Shown here piece after piece: positions 13,801-26,200 of a stretch of 64,000 bases of DNA (position 1 is its first letter; the number at the start of each line of letters is the position of its first letter). The DNA is taken from assembly GCF_964355755.1 (NCBI RefSeq), contig NC_092671.1, positions 9,548,001-9,612,000 on the forward strand. Direction: 5' to 3'. Both the position numbers and the translations under genes were made by a program. This DNA comes from Antedon mediterranea (taxonomy: Eukaryota; Animalia; Echinodermata). The notes beneath the pieces were generated by a model. The model was not told the origin of the DNA. It worked only from the letters and a program-made list of their open reading frames with translations, and searched no databases.

Positions 13801-16800
13801 CCTTTTTCCATTTGTCCTCTTTCTTTCCTTTCGTTGTATCATCTTTGTCTTTCTTAGCATCCTTAAAAAAAACAATAAAAAATGCACAAATTATATTTTC
13901 TTTTTAAAAACAGGGAGAATATATTGAAGAAATGCGATGATATCCAAGAAATATTGGATTAGATTTTTTAGAAGAAAACAAAAAGTGCTTTTAATTTAAA
14001 ATAAACAAAATTAGTTTAACTGCAATACACATCATTGCAATTTATGTTTGGAAGCACTTTTGATAGTATAGGAAAAAGAAAATAAATATGCCGAACAGGC
14101 TGGAATCCCAAGGCAAATGCTTATAAAGAATATAGTTTTTAAGATGCAATTAGATGAAATAAATATTGTAGTAAAATTAAGTTTTAGATATTAGTCCCAA
14201 TGGCCATATTCACCAATCACACTTAAGTGAGATAATTCAAAAATTAAGTACTGTATACCCTTGTATTCACTTAATGGAGAATTTTTAAATTTGTGATTGG
14301 TGGATACAACCACATGGTCCTGGTTCAAGCCCTTTCACCAGTCATTACTTTAATTGTTTGTAGGGGGAAAACAAGTTGGAAAGCTTTTTTTTCATCAAAT
14401 AATCTGTTTACTATTAGCAGAACCATCATAGAGTTTTAATTGGAAGGAGATCTGGATATTAGAGACATATTAAATGATAAATACATTCAGAGTAAGTTAA
14501 TATGCGTGCAAAATGTCATATTACAAAAATGTAGTACAGTGCAGATCATTAGTTGACACATGTCAAATCAAATTAGTACAGTACATCAGTCATTACCGTT
14601 TTACTAGACTTTCCATCCTCTTTTTCACCTTTTCGCCCGTCCTATTATTGATTAAACATTATCATTTAAAGTCTGAAAATATGTAATATAAGGATGCAGG
14701 GTTCTCTTGGAAGCCAAATGATTCAACTAAAACACATTCTGTTCCACGTATTACTTGTGGTTTAACATTTTCCAAATAAATGTTGCCTTTTTTTAAATAA
14801 TTATGTATATTTATGTGTTTTTTCATCGGGCGAAATTGAAAATTGTTTTATACCATAGAATAAAAATTAGATCAAATTAATTTAAACCACCTATAAAGTT
14901 TGTTTGGAGAACCTTTAAAGATAGGCGACCGAAAACGTAGGTATACATGGGGTACAAGAGGCATTTAGATGAGCCATCTGCAATTATTTTTATTTAAAAA
15001 ACATTACACTTTGAACTGAAATGCAAAACTGCAAAAACACTGTTAAGTGCAAAAATGTGCAAATCTGGATGTGTAAACAAAATGTCATTGTCATGCATTT
15101 AATGAATCGTCAATACATGCTTATTTTACTTTAAATATTTGGTAACTAACCAAATCTTCATACAAAGTGCATTTTTAAAACAGAAAGTTACATTGCTCCA
15201 TCAAATCTCAAAAGCCAATAGTTAATTAAATTTATTTTCAAATCAGTTATTCGCATATGCAAATTTGTGCAGTGAGTAAATTACCGCTGACGATCTGTTT
15301 GAGCGGGCATCATCCTTATCCTTTTCACTTCGTTTAGTATCCTGCTAGGGATAAATATTAAAACTTTTAACATTCTAACTAATTATTCAGTGTTCAGTGT
15401 ATTTACAATACAAGAACGTATGGTTTTCAACACCTACTTCTGATAGTAGATTGAAATTTGTGTTATTTATAAAGGTTATTAAGACAACAGTATTACCTTC
15501 TTCTTAGAAGACTTATCCCTCTTTTTATCTGTCTTATCCATATGACTACTACTGCGGACGCTTCCTGGTCTGTCTCTGTCACGTCTGGAAGGTGGAGGCT
15601 ACAAAAAGAGAAACAGAACACACAATACAGCCAATATAATAATTGAATTCTCATTGCTTAGTAAACTCTATATTTGTGACATTTTCTAGCTATAAAATAA
15701 ATAAAATATTAAAACTCACTGATTTTAACAAGCCTTGATCAGGCGAACCCTTCTCGCTAAGAAGCTTCCTTCTTTCCACGACCTCTTCATGCGTAAGTGG
15801 AAACCGCGATAGAACCTCTCCAAGTTTCTTGGCACCCTCATCAGACACGTTATTATTAGCTAGTGACAAAGAGAGTAATACACGATTCATCCGCAATCCC
15901 TGTAGACAAAAACAAAAATTAAATTGTCCATTTGATGACAGTTACTTAATTCAGTAAAAACTCAAAATGTTGTACTCAGGGAAACATCTGTTAGGCTGGC
16001 CAAGTTATAATACCACTTTTTCAAAACTTTCAAAACGATGTGATTATAAATCCAAAAATGATGGTAGGAGGACATTTTAGGCTGTCAAACCTCAATACCA
16101 TTTGGAATTAACTGTAAAATTGTATTCATACTAGTGAGAACCACAGTATGAACACCGTACAACACTGTGTGTAAACAAGACCTATGTATGAACAACTTAC
16201 AACACTGAAGTGTAAACACAACTTACATTTGCAATGGCTACAGCACCAACATCAGTTATCTTATTACCACTTAGATTAAGTGACACTAAATTCTTATTAG
16301 ACGATTTGACTGTGGATAATGCCTTTCCTATCATCACTGCTCCTTTGTCGGTTATACCATTATTTCGAAGGGATAATGATGTTAATCTAAAGAAAAGAAA
16401 CCAATACTTCTCTTATATGATTAAGTTATGATGTTTCGATAGTAGCACTGTTTTGGCTACTAAAAACCAAATCTAAGGCGTGGTCTACACTAGAAAACTT
16501 TACCAAACTTTTGTGTTGGTCATTGTAAAAGGAAAAAATATCGTTATTTGATTTGCCGAGTTCACAGGAAGTTGCACAGCATATATTCTGCAAAAGTATT
16601 CTGCAGTTTACCAAAGTCACTGGTCTTACACTAGACAATTTTGGAAAACTTGTATTGACAAATCCCAGAGCCTAGGCATTTGGACACGTGTTTGTAATAA
16701 TACTCACAAGCTGTCTTCTCCAATAAGCAATGACCATGGTTCCTCTGGGCACCAAGTACCATCTATAACTAAAGTCCTGCAGATTAAAAATTTACAAAAT

Positions 16801-19800
16801 AGTTAGTAGTAACAACGGTTTCAGTAAAATCAATAATTGTAATATAAGTACTTTGGAGGATTCATTTATACTATTGTGTCAAATGAGCTTATGATTGATG
16901 ACATTAGTTCGATACAATAAAAACTTCAATGCAATCAATGTTAATTTTTTTCTGGTAATCATGAACTTGCTAGGTTATCATTTCTGAAACTTATTTTTGA
17001 AAACTACTATACAGTACTTACTTCAGATTTTGACATTGTGGAAGAAATGAGGCAAACTCTTTAACCACATCTTCACTTAGATTCACATTCCAAAGACTGC
17101 AAAAAGAATAAGGTATAATTACTGCACACTCAAATGCAATAGAATAGATTTGCTACATTATTAAAAATGACAATACATGCAAAAACAACCAGGAAAGTAA
17201 GCTGAACTACAGTAAACATGAATTCAAAATATTAATAATTATACACATACTTAACAACACTGAGCTTTTCAATTATTGGCCAGCACTGTTTGAATATTCC
17301 TACCATCAAAGAATCAATCTTCCAGCCTACAAAATAAAAACAAGTAATGAATTTATGATATATATATATAATATATTATAGCTAACCTGTGAAGCAAAAT
17401 TTGTTATTCAAGAATAATAAATATAATACAACATCAACAGTTGAAGACAGACATTTCGAGTATGGATACTAAAAAGACATAAATGTTTACCTCTAATGTA
17501 GATCTCTGTAACAGTTGTTGGTTTGTCTTCATTTTCCATCTCAACTTGGACCACAGGTCGAAAGTAAGCATACTTATCTTTGGTGACATACGTCTTTGGG
17601 GGCGCTTCCTCCTGATTTGCAGCATCCACACCTTCATCTGGTGTAGGGTCTTTTGATGTATTACTGTCTTTTGAATCCTTTGACTTGTTGTCTGGTGGAG
17701 CCTGGGCACATGGAGGTTTCGGTCTGATAACTACAGCAGGAATCTCATTGTCCTTAAGAAGATTGCGACGACAAAACTCTGTAAAATCTGCTTCGAATAT
17801 GCCAGTACATATGTATGGTTCTAAATACAAATGGAAAGACAAAACACTAAAATAAGAAATTTTAAAAGAGATAAGGAAACACAAGTTCACAGTAATTTAT
17901 TAGGTTGCTAAATATTTATAAGAATTCAGACATAGCAAACACAGGAATATCAAGTGCTTCCCTTCTAGGTTTAAGAAAGATGCTAATTAAGCCTGACCTC
18001 TGGGGTTGATGCCTTTCCTAACATAGAAATGTACTCATTAATTATTATTAATAATTATGGTACCTGGTGTTTTGTTTGGGTCATCATCTCCATTATCTTG
18101 TCCCGATGTTGAACCACCTTTGTCTTTGAGCATTTTCTCAACTCTCTTTCCCATCTTCACCTTCTTTACGACACTAAAAAAAGATGGTGCAAGTTTATTA
18201 CAACAAATTTTTTCATTTAATACAAAACCTACGTATATCACTTATTACTTATTGGCAATGAAAAAGTTCCATTGAAATTTTGCGTTAATAAAGATGTAAG
18301 TATCATTTCACAAATTTCAAAACAATTTAAAATGAAATTATTTTGTTTTTTTACAGTGACAATCATGAACTGTGGGAATGAAATAACACAGCAGTCAACT
18401 CAGGTGCAATGTGGAATTTAAGTGAACATTTTAAATTAATATTCTAAATCTAATCTGGTAGAATTAAAGTGAATTATTAAGTAAAAATATAACCAATGCA
18501 TATCTATGCATTCAAACTACAGTTAGAATCTTTAGGACGTGCCCCTATTAAGGGGTACGTAACACCTTATTATTAAATTCACACATTCTCATACAAACAA
18601 GCTGTAATGTACGGTTTAACACTATGGCAAACCACTATTCATTCGGTGGACATCTCTATAAAGAAGACACTTTGTTAGGTCCTAATAGGTGTTTACTTAA
18701 TTTCGGTTTCTACCGCCAGTCATATTATGTACATTTTATCTTTAGTTTGTTGCCATATTAGATTGAACCAAAGACTCTGGTATTGGAAGACAAGCATAAC
18801 TATAAAGCTCAAAGTACCACTATAATAGTACTAAATTATTGATTCTCTTCTGACACTAAATAATGCTATAGCAGGGTCTACAATAGCATAATATTAATCA
18901 AACTATATTAGTTTTTTTAGGATTGTGCTAATTTTTCAAATGTTACGTGTCTAGTGCATAAATGATAATTTTAGGTGTTGAATTGAAAATCAAAACATAC
19001 TGTTAATAATATTAAGTACAGATCTGAATTATTCTCATTATTTTGTTGTATTTGTAACTACTGTATCACGTGTTGAAATTCTGTGCTTAAAAAAACTATT
19101 GAATATATTACCTATTCATCATTTTAGAGCTTCTTTACACTTATTTAAAAAAAAAACACAAATTATAAAATAATAAGTACAATACTTAGATGCCAGTTGA
19201 TATTTTTTAATAATAATTATCAGGAGATGGAGTGTGCAGATTATCTGAGCCTAAATATGGTTAATTCAAAGTGATCCTCATCATTTCTACACTATCAAAC
19301 TAGTTTGACAAATAAAATGTGATTTGCACAAATATGGTAGTGATATGCCCAAATATGGTAGTGTCATGACATCATCTTGTCCATACTGTCTATAGGCATC
19401 ACATTTTGTTGTAACATAAAGTTTGATATTGTAGACAGGGCTTTAGTTCATAATTATAAAAACCTGTTCACACTAATTTCATAATCAAGGAACACTTTAA
19501 TATAAATTGGATTGCTTACAGTATTAAGTTATAAAATTTAAGAAAATGATAAAAACTACACTGTATTTCACAATGTGTGGATTAAATTAAAATGAAAAGT
19601 GATAAATTGTGAATGCTTATCAATAAAATAAATTCAACCACCATAATTGCATTGACTATGTACTGCGTACCCAGAAAAAGTACTGAAAACCATACCATGT
19701 TTGTGAATAAGCATTGCAAATGTTGTACTCTTTTATTAATGCACTACTAAAAACTAACGAAATGAACAATAAAGTCGTATTAAAAAGCTGAATTGTATAA

Positions 19801-20140
19801 ATTAAACTATGTACGATAGTGACAAGTGTATTTGTTCAAAATGACATGAACTGGTGTTAGTAAGGGAATCCTTAGGAAGGTGGGACTGGCTGTGTGTATA
19901 ACTAATAGGACATTCCATGCACTTTGATTTTCCTAAAATAAGGTATCAATGTGTATTGTATACAGACAGTTGTTGTGCATAGCAACATTCTAATAATAAA
20001 TTTAATTGTTTACTGCTCCGAGAACCGATGACCAAATGAAATGCATGTGAACTGGAGAAATATTATAATGTTAGACGACTACTGCTCATGTACTGTAAAT
20101 GCAATACTTACCTACCAGATGAACTAGTAGATGAACTCAT
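7853..20140 (-). CDS. LRRC71: Leucine-rich repeat-containing protein 71
   Basis: 17 phase-consistent exons: 20140-20112, 18173-18064, 17820-17491, 17326-17251, 17096-17022, 16776-16708, 16386-16227, 15899-15720, 15598-15497, 15341-15285, 14641-14597, 13861-13801, 11338-11285, 9435-9362, 8884-8776, 8613-8495, 7975-7853. Recognised LRRC71 motifs: EPYICTGIFEADFTEFC, KYAYFRPVVQVEM, EIYIRGWKID, LSLRNNGITDKGA, GLRMNRVLLSLSLANN, LTHEEVVERRKLL, WIPGNRCLINLNLSRNKITD. Confidence 0.9.
9002..9149. mobile_element. Harbinger-type MITE, family A
   Basis: AGCTCTGTCT...GACAGAGCT termini and the same internal core as 2271-2400. Confidence 0.75.
10495..10614. mobile_element. Decayed Tc1/mariner (pogo/Tigger-like) MITE
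   Basis: GGTACACCTTTAGGAC...GGGTGTTCC...ACTG-TA end, similar to 18520, 29685 and 32533. Confidence 0.45.
11445..11690 (-). mobile_element. SINE-like repeat
   Basis: T-rich tail on the left. TCTTTAAAGTGCACA...TATAGTCCTTATCC is shared with 33809-33845. B-box-like GAGTTCGAGGC on the minus strand. Confidence 0.5.
18520..18715. mobile_element. Decayed Tc1/mariner (pogo/Tigger-like) MITE
   Basis: TA-CAGT start, with internal GGACA/GACAC...GGTCC repeats resembling 29685-29839 and 32533-32701. Confidence 0.45.
19286..19442. mobile_element. Harbinger-type MITE, family A (left TIR eroded)
   Basis: TCTACACTATCAAACT...AGTTTGATATTGTAGACAGGGCT followed by TTA. Confidence 0.75.
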
Positions 20141-21026
20141 ATTGTCTAGAACAAGATTAAATTAATTTAGGATAGGCCTAGTTGGGCTAACGAAACTGTA
20201 ATTGAACAGCAATTTTTATTACACAAACAATTTCAGTTTCAGTTTCAGTTTATTTTCCATTTCAATTTACAAACTGTAAACAAATAGTCTACAGACAAAA
20301 TAAGGCCCCTTTTATACATATTCAAAAATTGAATTTGTGTGTGTTTGTAATCAGTCAGATCACATTCATTTGTGTTTAGTATGCCTATTAAAGGACAACT
20401 TGAACGAGGACCTTATTTTAACAACGTATTAGGGATGTACATATTTCAGAACCATCGCGAGAGATTAAGGATATCGCAGTATGCGTCCGTCGTACAGCCG
20501 TCGCAGTAAATTGCTGTGACGTCACAGGTGCATCGCAAAATTTACGTCATGAGTTTTCTGGCAAAGTGCGAAAATTTCTAGTAAACACACTTTGTAAATA
20601 AATCGTAAAAAAAAAAAAAAAATGTGAATTTTTTATTGTTTAGATTTTGTAAAATAAAAACCATTTCATTTTTATTAATAAATATTTATCGACCAAAATA
20701 AAAATAATTTAGATCATATCGCGAACAAAATTAAAAGAGACCGATTCGAACGCGACCGATATATATCGTAAAATTCTGAGTTATGCGGAGTAATTACAGG
20801 GGTTTCCCCCAGATGAGCTAGAGGATCATTTTGTGCAAGCGACAGTGGAGTAATTATTTTATATGCCGATTGATGTACTGTGACATGAGACTAATAATAA
20901 GTACATGGCGGGGCTTCCCTGTTTATTCTTACACGTTCCCTGTTATTTTGTGTTCAAATTGTGCAATAATAGGCCTATAATATCATTTGCGTAATTTTAC
21001 GCACTTTGTAGCCTATTTTAAAGTTT

Positions 21027-21133
21027 AGGACTTTGCGTTGTGGTGACTTTGCGTTAGGGCGACTTTGTGATGGGGCGACTTTGCGATGGGGCGACATTGC
21101 GACTTTGTTTTGGGGCGACTTTGTATGGGACGC
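21027..21133. repeat. Short tandem array of GGGGCGACTTTGCG-like units, probably the subterminal repeats of a TIR element
   Basis: About 7 imperfect GCGACTTTG units of ~15 bp, ending TATGGGACGCG. Confidence 0.6.
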
Positions 21134-21877
21134 GACTACCGCGCCTCCATACATTACAGTTAGGCTATAATAGGCCCCCTCCTAGTTAGAATACTACCTA
21201 CTACTAGCCTAGTAGGCCTAGCTAGGCCTAGGCTAGATACTATAGTAGGCCTCGCCTAGCTAGGTTATGGGAGCTAAAAAGGCTTAGGTTATGGGTAATA
21301 AAGTAAAAGTACATTAGTAATAAATAACCATACCTAATGATTCTATACGATAAGTAATATAGGCCTGGTTTAAAGTTATTTTCTACGACACCACACTGAA
21401 GTCAACCATTTTAAAAAGATTGTTTACTCCTTGGACTGTTTACACAATGAACAAATCTGTTTCACAAAAATAGTGCTATAATATTTATTATAAATGAGAA
21501 CGTAAACAACCGAAAAATCGACGAACTTGCTTAATATTAATTAATAATTTTGGAAAGACTTTTATATATTAATAAAACTATATATAGAATACAAATATAG
21601 AAAAGGCGTATATATACAAAATGAAAATACAATGGTAATGAGGAAAGTCCGTGTCCATGGCGATTGTGCTGCCCTCAATTGATTCTATAAGATTTAACTT
21701 TTTTAATTGGTAGTAATAGGTCTTTACTTGACTTTTAAGTAGTCAATATCAATATTAAATCGAATCGAAATACGTACACGCATTAAAACAGTTATTTATT
21801 ATCCGTGTGGGCACAATTAAACAATTATTTAAAGTGTCAATTTAAGCACCGAGGATGTTCTATGCTCGGCTAATGCC

Positions 21878-22297
21878 TATAGTAACCCACACTCTAATAG
21901 TAACTCCCTTCTAATAGTAACCTACCTTATATAAGTCAATCTATAATAATAACGCACTACTCTAATAGTAACCCATTGAGGTTAAGAATCACAACAACTT
22001 TTGATGCAGTCGTATTTTGAAAATAAGGCGATAATGCATGTTGATCTCGGGAGTGGGGGAGGATTGAGTGTTTTGAGTTTATAAAATAAAGTTAGAGTTC
22101 AACCAAATTTGTTTATTCGTAATGTTTTATTATTTTGCTATGAGTTGCTGACCGGAAAAGTTGGGGTATGTTACTATTTTCAGGTGCCTAATTTAAGATT
22201 AGAAATAGTAACCCACACTCTAATTGTAACCCCCTTCTATAGTAACCCACCCTAAAAACCAATAATAACCTAGGGTTACAATTAGAAGATTTTGGTA
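21878..22297. mobile_element. Tc1/mariner-like non-autonomous element with internal TAATAGTAACCC repeats
   Basis: Two blocks of CTAATAGTAACCC repeats (21878-21975 and 22205-22272), ending in the inverted GGGTTACAATTAGAAGATTTTGG-TA. Confidence 0.5.
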
Positions 22298-22547
22298 TCT
22301 GAATTTAATTAAGTAATTACGGTTTACACCATTAATATAATTAAATCCAATGGATCATTTACTTAGCACCAAACATGCAGCAGGCATAGGCTCAGGCCAC
22401 AATACATACATTGGTGTGTAATTAATTATTATGTACACACGTCATTCGTATACACTAGAGCAAGTCCACTCCTCAAAATAGGCTACACAAAACAACTACA
22501 GTATAAACATTACATAATAATTACAATAATACAGCACGTATGCTTAA

Positions 22548-23030
22548 AGATGTATTGTCCCTTTGACTAATCCCCCCCCCCCCCCCACCCAAAAATAAAA
22601 AGAATTCGACAAAAAGTGGATCATTTTGAAGCATCATAATAGTTATTAACTTTTACCAAAATACAGACGTTTTTTGTTAAAAAAATAACTTTGACTTCCA
22701 GTCAAAGTTTTCGATCAAAACGTATCTCATAATGCAACGCGCTTGTTTGGCTACTCTGTATGCATAATCATAAAACTTCCTCGCGATCTGTGGCAGAACA
22801 CCTTCTCAACCGTGACGAGTTGTAAACAATCCTAATTAGCATCATGCATAAACAACGATTTTCCAGACCAAATGTATTCAAATTAATTTACCTGTTAATT
22901 ACGTATACTTGTTGTTTGTGGCTCGAATTTTCGACTTAAAGGGAATAACTTTAATATTACTTTGATATGGCCAATTTAAATTTAGAATATTTTGACCTTC
23001 ATTTTTTGTGTTTCAAGGGACAATACATCT
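22548..23030. mobile_element. Kolobok-like non-autonomous DNA transposon
   Basis: Perfect 16-bp TIR AGATGTATTGTCCCTT / AAGGGACAATACATCT. TTAA on both sides (22544-22547, 23031-23034). RR...YY termini. Confidence 0.8.
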
Positions 23031-24468
23031 TTAAGAAGATTGATGTTGTAGTAAAATTCGTTTGTATCGATTCAGCAGTCCAACTGGAAATTACGTAGTC
23101 TGAGCAGCTGCAGTAACGGAAACTACCAACACATAACGCGAGTCGAATACGGCATTTATAACCATGGACATTTGTAATAGTTTTTGTTTCTCTTCGTAAG
23201 GGCGACCCACTTTTATTTCGTTCCAAACTTTCAGTATCATACGGTTTGAAATGTCACTAAAATATACGTTACAGCATATTTAGTAAAGAGAACTTTAAAA
23301 CAAGCTTACATAATATACGGTAGATATTAACATATATAATTCAATAATTGTTCTTCAAAATAATTCGTCCATTTCTTTTTAGCTTTATTTAGATTTCAAT
23401 CAGATTTCTAAAAGTTCAACTTGGAACAAGTTCCAAACCACTCTTGATTTTATTTTTGAATGCTTTTCCACAGATTTAATAAAATTGGATTTATATACAG
23501 TATACAATAAGGGATTAATTCATTTGTAGACATTCTTACTTCTTCTTCCAATAACAATATCTGGCTATGTTTGAACTGAATTAAAAAACCATTGTAGGCC
23601 TAATAGTTATCAATTTTAAATAACGTGAAAATGTTATTTAATTTATTTTATTTTATTTGGCATAATACAAATATTTCAACAACACATTACTGTGTTAAAT
23701 TAATTGCGATGTACTTACTTAACTATTATTATTATTAATTCTGTATCTGTATTTAAAATGTTATTGTTCTTGTATGTCTTTCTATAATCTAAAACAAAAA
23801 AAATGTTTTGTAACTTTTCACTATTAGGCATACATTTATTTTATCATGGACCATTTGTAAGAGCATTATTTTTAATGAAAATGTCATCCATGTAAAATAA
23901 GTTTATAAACTGTCCGATCCGACGAGTCCGTTCCCGATAATATAGTTCCCCACTAATTCGCGGATTTTTTAAATTATCCTTGAAACGGCCGATTAAGTTG
24001 ATTAATACTGATATGATTTACTTAATACGTATAAATATAAATAAGTTTAGGCCTATAATGTAAATAAGAATATGAACTTAATTAGAAGTTATTTTACACA
24101 ATAGTATCGGTAAACATATACTTACATAAATTACAAGTAATGTCAAAATGGAATGAGTTAAATGGCTTTTGTGTACAGCCATTGTTTGTAAATGTTTGTA
24201 TTATCATTTTAGCATTACTGTATATTTTATTAAATTTATATTTCAATGTTTTTTCAATTTACTTATTATCCAAGTCATGAGTGTGCTCAATTTTAACATA
24301 GTCATTTACCTATATCTTAAAAAAATGGAGAAACTCCCAACCACACAGTGAAATATATATATTTATTTTTATAAAATTTATTTTATTTTAAGTTTTCAAA
24401 ATAAATTGTAAAAATAAACCAGAATAAGTATTATTCTACAGTTTCTTTCTGCATATATGTTACCAATG

Positions 24469-24537
24469 TACGGAAGCCCGTTCGGGCCACAAGTTAACTA
24501 TATTTTAGTTAACTTGTGGCCCGAACGGGCTTCCGTA
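24469..24537. mobile_element. 69-bp hairpin MITE, IS3EU-like (TACGG...CCGTA, 6-bp TSD)
   Basis: 32-bp perfect arms TACGGAAGCCCGTTCGGGCCACAAGTTAACTA with a 5-bp loop. CCAATG is duplicated at 24463-24468 and 24538-24543. Confidence 0.75.
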
Positions 24538-24597
24538 CCAATGTATCTATATTATTGGATAATTTTTACAAATATCCAATACATGTTAGCGAGTTAA

Positions 24598-24927
24598 AGA
24601 TGTATTGTCTCCAAAAACATGCAAAATAATGTAATAATAAATAAATAATAAAATCAGGCCATTTTGAAGTTTTAATAAAAGTAATCACTTCTGCAGAAAA
24701 AAAATGAATAAAAATAATGTTTTTACTTATAAAAAGACAAAATAAACGGTTAAAGTCAACCAAAACCAATTGTGTGACAGAAAATTTGACTATTTTTTTA
24801 ATTACAGTTTTTTCAGGTAAATATATATTTGATTTTTGATCAAAGCGAATAACTATTATGTGGCATTAAAAAAAAATATGACCAAAAAATGATAAAAATA
24901 ATTTTCTTTCAGGGGGACAATATATCT
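24598..24927. mobile_element. Kolobok-like non-autonomous DNA transposon, same family as 22548-23030
   Basis: TIR AGATGTATTGTCTCC / GGGGACAATATATCT (13/15 match), flanked by TTAA at 24594-24597 and 24928-24931. Confidence 0.75.
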
Positions 24928-26039
24928 TTAAGCAATTTAAGAAACACTTACCGAGCAAATTTTCCATCCATTTTTATCAAACTATGTCACAATTTTTATC
25001 CGATTTTTAAAAATAAGCACCAATTCAATGCAACATGACCAACAGAATAATAGATGTGTTGATGATCAAAAGAATATGTTGCTCATGGATATACAACGTG
25101 AAAATGAATAGTGTTATAGAGATTGAATACGGTGTAAGTTAATTATAAAGAGCCAACTGTTGACGTATCAATTTATCTGTCGATATATTATTATACATGA
25201 CTGAAATAGTTGCATGAATTATTCCACGTGTAAATACGTGACAATGTGAACGCAATGTTTCGCATACGTTATGATGTTGAATATTACCTAGATTTCCTCC
25301 AAATCTTTGATGGCGACAAGAATTAGTCGATTTTCTCACCTGACCAATTTCTTTCAAAGGCGTCTCTGTACAAAAGCTAATAATGTCTGGGGTGCTTCAA
25401 CATGAAATGAATGAAAGCGACCAAAATATAATAGCGAATGAGTTTACCAAAGAACAATAATCAGTTTTCTTTGTAAAATCAAGAAACTTTTTTAAATTTT
25501 AATAATTTAAGTAAAAGTAATATATATATATAATATATAAACAGTAGGTCTACAAAACACATTTAATACGTATTATTATTGCCAAAATGTATTGAAATAT
25601 TATTTTGAAAACCAATCTTTAAATCATTTTTTAAAGTATTCCTGGGGTCTCTGTACAAACCTCCTGGTTTCCTGAGACCCCTTTATCAGTATTTTCTTGA
25701 AACATTGTACTTATTATTTTTACTATGACGGTGATGTGAGGAATGAGATATATTTCAATTTGTATTTGTAAGAGATTGAGCTACGAAACAAAACTTATTC
25801 GTATAGAAGTCCAACAGAACCACACCAATTTTGTAATACAATTGTTTCTATTTTCTAAATCATATCTTTATGTGTATGTATTATTTAATTGTCGAAATTG
25901 TTTTGTTTCGCATGCTTTGTTTTATCTTCTTCATAAAATTTACTTTATTTGATAAATTAATGTTCTTCTTCGCGCTATATTTTTTAAAGCTATACGAACA
26001 CACCTTTATGTATTTAATATATCGACAAACAAACTGTAA

Positions 26040-26200
26040 CGCCTTGTCTACACTATCAAACTTTATGTGTCAAAAAAGTTTGATGTGCCTATATATGGTA
26101 GTGCTATGCTTAAATATGGTAGTGATATGACATCATCATGTCAATATATGGGCACATCACATTTTTTTGACACATAAAGTTTGATAGTGTAGACAAAGCT
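26040..26200. mobile_element. Harbinger-type MITE, family A
   Basis: GCCTTGTCTACACTATCAAACTTTATGTGTCAAAAAA...TTTTTTGACACATAAAGTTTGATAGTGTAGACAAAGCT with TAA on both flanks. Confidence 0.85.
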
